From the IMG/VR virus record IMGVR_UViG_3300045988_093140: a stretch of 38,358 nucleotides of DNA; one strand, given 5' to 3'. Shown piece by piece: positions 22,370-31,200 of the stretch (within the stretch, counting starts at the first letter, position 1; every line of letters starts with the position of its first letter). The notes beneath the pieces were generated by a model that had not been told where the DNA came from, made no database searches, and saw only the letters and a list, made by a program, of their open reading frames with translations. The position numbers were made by a program, and so were the translations under genes. This DNA comes from a virus (taxonomy: Duplodnaviria > Heunggongvirae > Uroviricota > Caudoviricetes).

Positions 22370-22573
22370 TCAATGATGTGAACGCTCAACAGCGATAGTT
22401 TTCTGACAATGCTGGGCAATCTCTCGCGACATGTTGATGAGTCGTGAAACCTCACCAATATGTAGGCTGGCTTCTGGAGAAGCCAGGGTGACGCTAACCA
22501 GATCCAGAACGGCGTCAATATCTCTTAAATTTGAATCGAGTTGTTCAAGAGTTGATACGGCTGCTTCAGACAT
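22370..22573 (-). CDS. Hypothetical small protein
   Basis: 67 aa ORF. Confidence 0.4.
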   Translation of the reverse strand: MSEAAVSTLEQLDSNLRDIDAVLDLVSVTLASPEASLHIGEVSRLINMSREIAQHCQKTIAVERSHH

Positions 22574-22655
22574 TAAATCTCATACCATTTAACTAAAAAA
22601 GGTTATTTATACTGTATAAAATTACAGGGTAAAACTCAAACTTTACGGTCAATTT

Positions 22656-22898
22656 TCAATGAATTAACTGCGTAAACTGCTGTGTGGCCCGATACTTATG
22701 CTCTCTCCCTATGCCACGATCAGCTTTCTCAAGAAGTCCAGTACGGACAGCAGAATCAAGCATCCTTTTAACAATTCTGCTATTTAACCCAACATCAAAA
22801 GCAAGCATCGAAGCGAAAACAAACCCATCACCACCATCAGAAAAGCTCTTTTCGCTCCGTTTTCGTATCATTTCAAAAAGCAATGCCTTTTTATCCAT
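22656..22898 (-). CDS. Hypothetical small protein
   Basis: 80 aa ORF. Confidence 0.45.
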   Translation of the reverse strand: MDKKALLFEMIRKRSEKSFSDGGDGFVFASMLAFDVGLNSRIVKRMLDSAVRTGLLEKADRGIGREHKYRATQQFTQLIH

Positions 22899-22916
22899 TT
22901 ATCCCTCCGTGACCAG

Positions 22917-23243
22917 TCACGCTTTGAGCGCAAGTTTCAACCTCGTGGTTGTAAGGTGGCATGAGCCTTCGCCATCAAAAATGCATTCTGAAACAGGCAT
23001 TTTTTGACCACATCGCGGGCAAGTAGTAGATAGCTGCTTCTGCAGCTCCTTATAGTTTTTCCTGATCAGCAAACCAATGACTTCGTTCTCCGAATATGGA
23101 ACTCGCCCTGGTCTACGCAATACACAAATTTCCCCCAACATACGTAACTCGTCAGGTTCTAGAATCCAGTCCCGTCTTGATGTGCCTTCCTTCTTCAACC
23201 GTTCCCTGCGTCTCCTTTGCCGTTCTGCCGGTGTCAGCGCCAT
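22917..23243 (-). CDS. Hypothetical zinc-ribbon protein
   Basis: 108 aa, basic N-terminus, CPRCGQK...C...C motif. Confidence 0.5.
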   Translation of the reverse strand: MALTPAERQRRRRERLKKEGTSRRDWILEPDELRMLGEICVLRRPGRVPYSENEVIGLLIRKNYKELQKQLSTTCPRCGQKMPVSECIFDGEGSCHLTTTRLKLALKA

Positions 23244-23258
23244 AAATCCTCCTGAAAA

Positions 23259-23672
23259 TTACTTAACCCAATTAACTACACCGCCAGCGGCCACAACCGC
23301 CCTTTCACAGTCACGCTCATATCTCAAAGGTTGAAATACACCATCAATAAAATATTTATCTCCACCAAACGCTGCAGGAAGTGAAACAGAAAACTGAATA
23401 CGATTATCATCCGGCACCACCGGCAGTGGCTGGGCTACATATAATGACTGAACATACCAGCCCTTTGATAACCAACTGTCAGCAATGTTTTTACTCCGGG
23501 TTATTGCCGGAATACCTAAGCCATTGTCTGAATGCAGCCATGCCACCGGTTCTGCTTCCAGCGAGGCTAACGCTATTTCATAAGCCCGGCGCTCAATATT
23601 GTCTCTCACGTCCAGGCTGCCTATGCGCTCTTTGATTTCTTTAATCAGTTCTTTGTCGGTAAAAGTGCTCAT
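23259..23672 (-). CDS. Hypothetical phage protein, paralog A of a tandem pair
   Basis: ATG at 23672 with AAGGAG upstream; shares motif ASLEAEPVAW with the upstream neighbour. Confidence 0.6.
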   Translation of the reverse strand: MSTFTDKELIKEIKERIGSLDVRDNIERRAYEIALASLEAEPVAWLHSDNGLGIPAITRSKNIADSWLSKGWYVQSLYVAQPLPVVPDDNRIQFSVSLPAAFGGDKYFIDGVFQPLRYERDCERAVVAAGGVVNWVK

Positions 23673-23673
23673 A

Positions 23674-24123
23674 TCAATCTCCTTTGGTACCAATGTTTAC
23701 AGCCTGGCAAGCCTCTTTGAGCACCCAGTCAACAGCGTCTTTCCATGCTCCGGTTTCGACTGGCGGATTTTCACGCTTAACCTGTTCATAGAAGCGCACT
23801 GCTTTAATCAATCCTTCTGGTGTCAGTGGCACAGGCGGGGCAGTGAATAACGCCTGAATTTCATAGTTCGGTCTGTCGTTGCAATCCTCTTTTGTCGGTA
23901 CATATTTCCAGTCACCAACCCACGGCTCCCCCTGTGAGTCCGTAATGCCTTTTTTCACGTAGCGATATCGCCATGCCATCGGTTCTGCTTCCAGCGATGC
24001 CTGTGCGATACGAAACACATTGGCAAGCAGGCTGTCTGAGGATTGGTTATCGTGCGCCGGGTCGCTCAGGAAGCCATTGATGAATGATTTAATCTTCGAG
24101 TTTTCTCTGGTAATAGTGGTCAT
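23674..24123 (-). CDS. Hypothetical phage protein, paralog B of a tandem pair
   Basis: ATG at 24123 (MTTITRENSKIK...); motif ASLEAEPMAW. Confidence 0.6.
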   Translation of the reverse strand: MTTITRENSKIKSFINGFLSDPAHDNQSSDSLLANVFRIAQASLEAEPMAWRYRYVKKGITDSQGEPWVGDWKYVPTKEDCNDRPNYEIQALFTAPPVPLTPEGLIKAVRFYEQVKRENPPVETGAWKDAVDWVLKEACQAVNIGTKGD

Positions 24124-24124
24124 A

Positions 24125-24877
24125 TCACTCTCCTTTGCGAATCTCTGCGGCAAAGTCAGTCGCATGCTCACCGAGTAGTTTCCAGTTATCGCGTATATCA
24201 GATGCAAGCGACTGTTCGGATTTTGAGTTACATTTCTGTGCAAACATTTCCACCCCCTGCGCCCGCACTTCAGACAGGAAAGAGTCGGTGGCTGGGGTTT
24301 CGACATTAGGTCGAAGCTCATAATCACAAACTCTTTCAATCCATGGTGATACTCTGTCGCATTTCCTCTTCTTGCGTTCACCGACCTTGGTTGCCTGCTG
24401 AATAATTACCCCCCAGCAAATGCTTTCGACCTCTTCGCTCCATCCATCGCAAGCATCGCCTCTATAGTCGTCAATTGCAGCCTCAGCAGCAGCGATAGCC
24501 TCCTCAGCAGTTTTGTGACACTCGAAACTAAATTCAGAGCCATATGAGAAATACATAGCCCCGGCCTTCAGTCTTGCATTCTCCGCCGCCAGAGCCGCGC
24601 AACTGGCCTCCAGCTCTGCAATGCGTTTGCTTTGAGCCTCTCGTTCATCCAGCAGTGCCTGCACTACTTCAGGGTTGAAAGCTGCGATATAATGAGCGTT
24701 GTTCTCTGCGTTTTTCTGTCCGTCAAAGCCGGTCCATTTGATAACGTCTTCACATCGTTTATCACCGGGCGTATGCACTGCATACGTACCAGTACCCGGC
24801 GAAATAAATGCGACCCATTCACCCTGTGTTGCCTGTTTTGCTATCTCACGCAGTACCTGATAATTGATTTCACTCAC
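24125..24877 (-). CDS. Ead/Ea22-like protein (GTG start)
   Basis: GTG at 24877 preceded by AGGAGG; NYQVLREIAKQATQGEW motif and coiled-coil segment typical of Ea22-like proteins (recalled). Confidence 0.6.
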   Translation of the reverse strand: MSEINYQVLREIAKQATQGEWVAFISPGTGTYAVHTPGDKRCEDVIKWTGFDGQKNAENNAHYIAAFNPEVVQALLDEREAQSKRIAELEASCAALAAENARLKAGAMYFSYGSEFSFECHKTAEEAIAAAEAAIDDYRGDACDGWSEEVESICWGVIIQQATKVGERKKRKCDRVSPWIERVCDYELRPNVETPATDSFLSEVRAQGVEMFAQKCNSKSEQSLASDIRDNWKLLGEHATDFAAEIRKGE

Positions 24878-25296
24878 AGTACTACCTCCTGAAGATTTCC
24901 CTGATAAAACGCCAGCACACGCTGCATAACTTCGCTCTTCTGGCAATCGTGACAAATCATGTTCAAGCGCCTGTCGTAACGACGTATTTCTCCGTCAGGT
25001 AATGACCAGATAAGGTCTGGATCAACCACTACCGATTTCTTCGGCTTTACTCTTGATAGCTTTTTACGGGCGTTTTGCCAGTCCTTGCGTGCTTGTGCAG
25101 ACAGAAATATCCCGGAGCCAGAGATATACAAATCACCACTGGCAGCAAGCTCTCTTGATAAACGACTAACAGCACACCGGCTAATACCAGTTTCATCCGC
25201 AAGTTGCCTAACCGTTCCTCGTCCATTCAGGCGTACGAGTTCCACAATTTGTTTATTCAGTTCTTCCCTCTGTTCTGGTGTAAAAGCCTTTGCCAT
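24874..25296 (-). CDS. HTH-containing phage protein
   Basis: 140 aa, MAKAFTPEQ..., HTH-like VRQLADETGISRCAVSRL; AAGGAGA RBS. Confidence 0.6.
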   Translation of the reverse strand: MAKAFTPEQREELNKQIVELVRLNGRGTVRQLADETGISRCAVSRLSRELAASGDLYISGSGIFLSAQARKDWQNARKKLSRVKPKKSVVVDPDLIWSLPDGEIRRYDRRLNMICHDCQKSEVMQRVLAFYQGNLQEVVL

Positions 25297-25895
25297 TACG
25301 ATTCTCCTTGCCCTTTTACAAGACGGGAGAAAATTGCGGATACATATTTAGCCTGATGAATAGCATCAGCCAGGGCATTGTGTCGTTCGCCATCAAATGG
25401 CATATCTTTTTTAGGATTAAAACCAATAAACTGACCAAGATTAACGATTGTTCGAACATCCTGATCATTAAAATATTCCCACGGACAGGCTAAGCCAACG
25501 CGCTCATAAGCACCGCGTAAAATTACATTATCGAACGTTGCTCCATTTCCCCATACTTTCAATTTTTTTAAATTACATGCATGGCAAGTAATAAAGTGTG
25601 ATAATTCAAAAAGTGCATCCTTAATATCAAGGGCATCATTAGTACAAATTGCGGCTCTGGCTTCCTTGCTCTGTTTCAACCACCATAAAATGGTATCACC
25701 ATCGGCGACACCACCATTCAACATCGAGCTTCTGAGATTCACTGGCACATAAAAAGTAGGACCTAATTCCTCATTTTCTGGAGAAAAAAACACTGCCCCG
25801 ATAGAAACAATTGGAGCACATGTGTTAGTACCCATTGTTTCAAGGTCAATCATTACATCAGACCGTTTCCTGTCGTAAATAATCTGATTAGTCAC
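25296..25895 (-). CDS. DEDD-family 3'-5' exonuclease (GTG start, or ATG at 25853)
   Basis: IDLETMG N-terminal exonuclease motif and later H..ALAD motif; GAGGAG RBS before the GTG. Confidence 0.65.
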   Translation of the reverse strand: MTNQIIYDRKRSDVMIDLETMGTNTCAPIVSIGAVFFSPENEELGPTFYVPVNLRSSMLNGGVADGDTILWWLKQSKEARAAICTNDALDIKDALFELSHFITCHACNLKKLKVWGNGATFDNVILRGAYERVGLACPWEYFNDQDVRTIVNLGQFIGFNPKKDMPFDGERHNALADAIHQAKYVSAIFSRLVKGQGES

Positions 25896-25918
25896 GAATA
25901 ATTCTCCTCAACGTTTAT

Positions 25919-26122
25919 CTATACCCAAATTTTCTGTTGATATGTTCTGGATGGTTTTGGCGTTCTTTCTGATTCAGGTAAATGAACATAAACGCAATAT
26001 CCATCACCTAAAAAATCAGAACGAACAACCAGAACTTTCTTACCACGCCGCCGATAAGTATCTGAAAGACGCTCTGCTTCATCATGCGTCATCGGCCCCT
26101 GCTTAAATGGCGTTATTTTCAT
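25919..26122 (-). CDS. Hypothetical small protein (start uncertain)
   Basis: ORF-track start at 26146 falls inside the sopC-like palindrome; first ATG at 26122. Confidence 0.4.
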   Translation of the reverse strand: MKITPFKQGPMTHDEAERLSDTYRRRGKKVLVVRSDFLGDGYCVYVHLPESERTPKPSRTYQQKIWV

Positions 26123-26423
26123 TTTCTTGTGCGACCACGGTCGCACCCTCTCTGATTTCCAAGTAACGCTTAATCCAAAGATTTTCTATATGCTTATTAC
26201 CTGGCTGATTTGATAAATACCAATCGGCAATTACAGACTGCTTATTACTATCTGGTCGTGTCCTGTAACCACAAGTTGGACACCAGATAACATATTCATT
26301 TCTTACCCCCGAATACCTTAATTCTGGCTTCGACGGTTTCCTGAACATAACTTGTTTACAAAGGCAGAATGGCACTTCCTGCCCGATGGCGTTTGATGAT
26401 TTCACTGCGCTTCTCCGCCGCAT
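26103..26423 (-). CDS. Zinc-finger protein, possibly Lar-family restriction-alleviation-like (start uncertain)
   Basis: CLC...CPTCG cysteine pairs; family assignment from memory only. Confidence 0.4.
   Translation of the reverse strand: MRRRSAVKSSNAIGQEVPFCLCKQVMFRKPSKPELRYSGVRNEYVIWCPTCGYRTRPDSNKQSVIADWYLSNQPGNKHIENLWIKRYLEIREGATVVAQENENNAI
26129..26146. repeat. sopC-like 18-bp palindrome, copy 5, inside the 3' end of the zinc-finger ORF
   Basis: GTGCGACCACGGTCGCAC; encodes ATVVAQ in the ORF frame. Confidence 0.6.
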
Positions 26424-27066
26424 TTAATAATGCAGTTCGATTTAAGCTCAGACATCGCGACTTAATTAAAAGCCAGCGTTCTTTATAATCTTGTCTCCAG
26501 CTATCAATAGATATATTCAGCAGAAAACTCAGATGCCTGTCCTGTTCTCTCTCATCAACTGCCTCAGCACACGTAAGTTCTGATTTAACCTGCTGTGCCG
26601 CGTAATAAATCAATTTCCGCATGGCTTTTTTCGTGGAGGCCTTCATTTTTTTAAAGCCGCCCCCCGAATGAGCAACCAGAAAATCAAGCCATAACCACTG
26701 ACAAACAATCACATCATTGTTGTAATCTGGCTTGCATCCGTAGCAATAATAAAGCCAGGCTGATTCCTCGTTATTCAACTGACCAATAGCCCTGCGCCAG
26801 CTGGCGCTCTGAAAATCAATATCAGTGAGCAACATTGATGATTGTTTAAATGTTTTCCCCTGGTGGAATCTTACCGGCTCAGCAGGAACGGACACTTCGT
26901 ATGAGTTATCATCCCCCACACTGATTGACCGGACTGGTTTATTGTTAAACCGTCCTGATCTACCGAGACGCATCTGCTCAAGCTGGACCTCCAGAATGCC
27001 ACGCTGGCGATAATGAACATCAGCCAATGCCGTAGAGACGCAGCTGCGTATATACTCAAGCTCCAC
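26356..27066 (-). CDS. Early protein directly downstream of cro; possibly the late antiterminator Q by position (GTG start)
   Basis: GTG at 27066 with GGAGA RBS 9 nt upstream, 236 aa; assignment rests on position only. Confidence 0.35.
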   Translation of the reverse strand: MELEYIRSCVSTALADVHYRQRGILEVQLEQMRLGRSGRFNNKPVRSISVGDDNSYEVSVPAEPVRFHQGKTFKQSSMLLTDIDFQSASWRRAIGQLNNEESAWLYYCYGCKPDYNNDVIVCQWLWLDFLVAHSGGGFKKMKASTKKAMRKLIYYAAQQVKSELTCAEAVDEREQDRHLSFLLNISIDSWRQDYKERWLLIKSRCLSLNRTALLNAAEKRSEIIKRHRAGSAILPL

Positions 27067-27277
27067 GCTTACGACTCTCCTTAATCGACTGCTTTGCCCG
27101 CCGAGTTGTAAAGTCACTCTTCAGCTTATAAGCAGTACGAACTTCAATATCGCTTTGCCGCAATGAAGGAATCTCTCCAGCGGTTAACCATTGGTAAACA
27201 GCTCCGGGTGTTACACCTACCCCTGCCGCTGCTTTTTCTACACTGCCAAAGTGGCGAATAAGTTCTTCTGGTTTCAT
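27056..27277 (-). CDS. Cro-like HTH regulator
   Basis: From MKPEELIRHFGSVEKAAAGVGVTPGAVYQW... (73 aa); divergent from the CI-like gene. Confidence 0.7.
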   Translation of the reverse strand: MKPEELIRHFGSVEKAAAGVGVTPGAVYQWLTAGEIPSLRQSDIEVRTAYKLKSDFTTRRAKQSIKESRKRGA

Positions 27278-27306
27278 GTTGTTATTATAAACAATAAACA
27301 ACAATT

Positions 27307-27346
27307 AAAGCCAGCTATAATAAATAAATTTTATAGCCAGCTATAA
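27307..27346. promoter_or_regulatory. Immunity-region operators: two copies of AGCCAGCTATAA in the cro/cI divergent promoter region
   Basis: aaAGCCAGCTATAA at 27308-27321 and ttatAGCCAGCTATAA at 27331-27346, the second with 7-bp inverted arms TTATAGC/GCTATAA. Confidence 0.5.
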
Positions 27347-27368
27347 GAAGATCATTTATGATTAAGCT

Positions 27369-27965
27369 ATGAAAACACGAGGCGAACGACTGAAAGCACG
27401 CCGTTTAGAGATGAAGCTGACGTTGCGAGAAGTTGCTGAGGCTGTCGATATCTCTATTGCAGGCGTCCAAAACTTAGAACGTGGCGACGTAATGCCGTCA
27501 CTGGAGATAGGTATTGCCCTGGCTAAATGCTTACGCAAGCCAGTGCATTGGGTGCTGTATGGGACAGAATATGACCCTGATCGCATTCCTGTTATTGGCA
27601 CAACTGAAAGTGGACCTGATGAAGAGTGGAAGCCAGGACAGGTTCCAAATACTGAGCGATTCCTGCCATTCATCAGCCAGCGCAATACTGTTTATGCGTT
27701 AACTATCAGCAATCTTACGCAGGGAAACTATCAGCCAGGCGATTTTCTCCTGGTCGATTCTGCGCTGGAACTGGTCCCCGGCGAGGATGTTCTGGTTCGT
27801 GATACTGCAGGAAATATCACTATCCAGCGCCTGGCCCGTTTTGATGATGAAAATTACTATCTGGATGGAACAAACTCACAACGCGCCATCTTCAGGAAAA
27901 GCGATCTTGAATTTGTTCACCAAATAGTCGGAACGATCAAATCATTCATGGTTGAGGGTAGATGA
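27369..27965 (+). CDS. Prophage repressor, CI/LexA-like (HTH plus S24 peptidase domain)
   Basis: 198 aa; N-terminal HTH LTLREVAEAVDISIAGVQNLERG, C-terminal S24-like region. Confidence 0.8.
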   Translation: MKTRGERLKARRLEMKLTLREVAEAVDISIAGVQNLERGDVMPSLEIGIALAKCLRKPVHWVLYGTEYDPDRIPVIGTTESGPDEEWKPGQVPNTERFLPFISQRNTVYALTISNLTQGNYQPGDFLLVDSALELVPGEDVLVRDTAGNITIQRLARFDDENYYLDGTNSQRAIFRKSDLEFVHQIVGTIKSFMVEGR

Positions 27966-28060
27966 CTTAATACGGGGTTTATTGTTTGCTGTAAATCTGG
28001 TTTAATGCAGGGCATATGTTCTGTGGGTTGACTCAGGTTACAGCAGCAGAAAAAAGACGA

Positions 28061-28095
28061 AAAAAAACCCGAGTCGGCAAACTCGGGTCCTTTTC
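28061..28095 (+). terminator. Rho-independent terminator between repressor and repA
   Basis: A-run, hairpin CCCGAGT-cggcaa-ACTCGGG, then TCCTTTT. Confidence 0.5.
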
Positions 28096-28210
28096 AGGAA
28101 GCAGCCACAACAACGCGACAGATTCCGTCAATTCAAGATGCGTTTATTGTGGCTGCTCCTGCGGATTTTTTCAACCCGAAAAAACATAATTCGCATGGAA
28201 TGGCTAAAAA

Positions 28211-31200
28211 ATGACATTAAACGATTTCTATGCGGATCGCTTTGGCAGCGATCCGTTCTCGCTAATTGAAGCAGCACGGGATGAACTAACCGAGCTGGCA
28301 CAGATGGCTGGTATCAACTGGCCTGCCTGTTCCGACAACATCCAACTCAACCCTCGCGGGGGGGTTGAGCGTTACTCTTCATACAATAAAACATCTCCAG
28401 AAGCTCTCGAAAAGAGCCTGAAAGGACGCGTAGAAATTTACTCCAGGCTGGAACACAGCAAAGGGATTGATTACCCGTTCATTAACTTCGTCCATAAAGG
28501 CAGCGATGCTGGCTCATGGAGCGGTTTCTCCTTCCTGTTTTCTGAATATCGCCGTGAGCAACAACGGAATAATGCGACCGTGGTCGCACAACCGGAAGAA
28601 GAACGGGAAAGAATAGAACGTCAGGCCGAAGCACGTCGTCGCCGTGAAGAACAAAAACGAATTAATGACCTGAAAAACAACCAAATGGACCATGAACGTT
28701 TGCTGGGATGGCTGGCATTCCACAGCGCGTGGGAACATGCTCAGGCTGAAGACGGCTCATGGCCATATGCGATTAAAAAAGGTATTCGTGACGTTTTTAG
28801 TTCATGTGATGTGCGTCGCGTGACCAGTCACGACAGTGCGAAATGGAGCCGGGGGCCAACCACATATATGGCTATCCCTCTGGCTCACCTGGACGGTCGT
28901 TATGATGGTCGTATTGTGGGTTGGCAGCGAATCGACAAACAAGGTGGGAAATACCAGACCAGCGCAGTAACCAGCGGCGATTTCGTCGGTGCCTGCTTTG
29001 TTATCGGTGAGCTGAAAGGGGCGCAAAACATCGCTGTTACAGAAGGTTTTGCTACTGGTGCATCCATCTGGCTTGCCACGAAAAAAGATAAACGCTTTGA
29101 CGCTGTGGTTGTCGCTGTATCCGCTAACAACATGGTTCATGTTGTGGAACAACTGGTAAACATGTACCCGGCGGCAAAAATCACCTGCGCACTGGATAAT
29201 GACCGGAAATCTGCCACAGAAGGAAAAGGGAATACCGGCCTGCGGACTGGCTATGAAATCTTATCTAAATTCAACGATGTCCGCTGCGTCTACCCAACTT
29301 TTGAAGACGATCCGCAAATGGAGTGCAGTGACTTCAACGACCTGCACAAACTACGTGGACTTCGTGAAACAGCACGTCAACTATTCGCAACAGCAAACCG
29401 CCTGAAAACCGGTACTGATTTGCTATCTCTGACACTCAACCGCCTGAAGACAATTAAGCGGGATAACCGCCGTACTTTTGCCAAAGAGCTGCTGAGAGCG
29501 GTAGATATTGGCATGCTGACCTGTCCGGTTCCTAACAGCCCGTCAGATTTATTTAACATGTTCTGTATCGTTCTGCGTGAAATGGGGCTGGAAAATATCT
29601 ATCGCGCTACGGTAAAAGACCATATTGCCCGTCGCCTGAATAAAAAGTGCCGTATTGCCCAGGCTCCGCGCTCTTTCAGCGAACGCATAACTGATCCCAA
29701 TAAACGCCCTCAACATATCACCTATAAGCGTTTTGATACTTCGGTAATGACCGATGACGTCCTGAAGTACGTGCAATCACTACAGGGGATAGTCATCGTC
29801 CGTGCTGGTATGGGTTCCGGCAAATCTACTGGATTGTTACGACCGTTAATGCATAGCTCAGAACGTGGTATCTCTGTAGCTCACCGTGTTTCCCTTATTG
29901 GTGGTCTGTGGGAAATGATGACTGAAGGAAAAGGTGTAAAAGCCGATATCCTGCACTATCAGGACCCTGGCTATCAGGAAATGGCCCCATACGCCAGTAA
30001 ACTGACCATCTGCATAAACTCGATTGTTAAAAACTGCTGGCAACCGTTGATGCGCCAGCACGACTATTTTGGCTTTGACGAGGCAACACAAGGGCTACGT
30101 GCCGTTCTTTCCGGTCGGGCTATGGAAAACCCGGTGGCTGTATTCAATACGCTAATTGATGCGCTGGCCAGAACGGAACAACACCCAATCATGGTGGATG
30201 CTGATGCGAACGATCTGCTGGTTGACCTGGCTGAACTGGCTATGAAACGCCGCGAAGAACTCGGTTTACCCGCATGGCTGCAGATCCACGTAATTGAATT
30301 ACCTGTTGATGTTCGCAACCGCGAAACAGGTGAGCCAATCCGGGTTTTTTATACAGAAAAAGATCGCATTATGACCGAGGTGGTGAAAGCTGTATCGGAT
30401 GGCGAAAAAATTATGTTGGCCACCGACAGCTCCACCTTTGCAGAAGATGTGACCGCCACCCTGAGAATGCATTTTCCTGGTAAGAAATTTCTGTGTGTAA
30501 ACCAGAAAAACAAACCAGAGCCAGAAGTTGAAGCATTTACCAATCAACCGAAAAAGATGGTCAAAAAATACGACGGCCTGATTTATAGCCCGTCTATTTC
30601 ATCCGGCGTGTCGATTGAGCAAAAACATTTTGACCGTCATTTCGGCATGTTCTGTGGTGAAGTTGTACCCAGCGACGCAGTGCAAATGCTACGCCGCGAC
30701 CGTACAGCAAAAGAATTTATTATCGGCTTTGATAAAGCTCGCGCAAAACGTGAAACTGACCCGCAAAAAATAGAACGAGCATTCGCCCAGGCATTGCTTG
30801 CTACCGCAGGCATGAACGGTGAACTGACGGATGTCGTTTTCGATGGCGACCGTATATCAATGGGGGTGGCCAATACCGACTTTACCAGGATGAAAATTAA
30901 AGCAGCCGCAATTGAAGCGTCTGCGCGTAACGACTACGCCAGCAACATGATCTGCATCATGCACAGCGACGGTTATAAGGTATCGCCGCTGGCCACCGAT
31001 TATGCTGCGAATGATATCGGTAAAGATCTGCGTAAAGAAGCGCGGGATATTGTGTGGGAACAGACACTGGATCTGCATCTCAATACAGAAACTCCACAAG
31101 AATCAGAGCGTGAAGAACTGCTAAAAAAACGCGCGCTGACGCTTGAAGAACAGGCAAAACTTGTCCGCTGGGATATTGAGAACGAACTGAAACTACCGGT

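Noticed and set aside
25919-26146. ORF-track start at 26146 for the 75-aa protein
   Set aside because: The first codons (RPWSH) are simply the palindrome read in frame; a downstream ATG is more plausible.
27362-27685. Minus-strand 107-aa ORF
   Set aside because: Antisense within the CI-like repressor gene, which has clear HTH and S24 domains.
16136-28589. CRISPR array explanation for the repeated palindrome
   Set aside because: Copies are kilobases apart, irregularly spaced, in both orientations and partly inside genes; no repeat-spacer periodicity.
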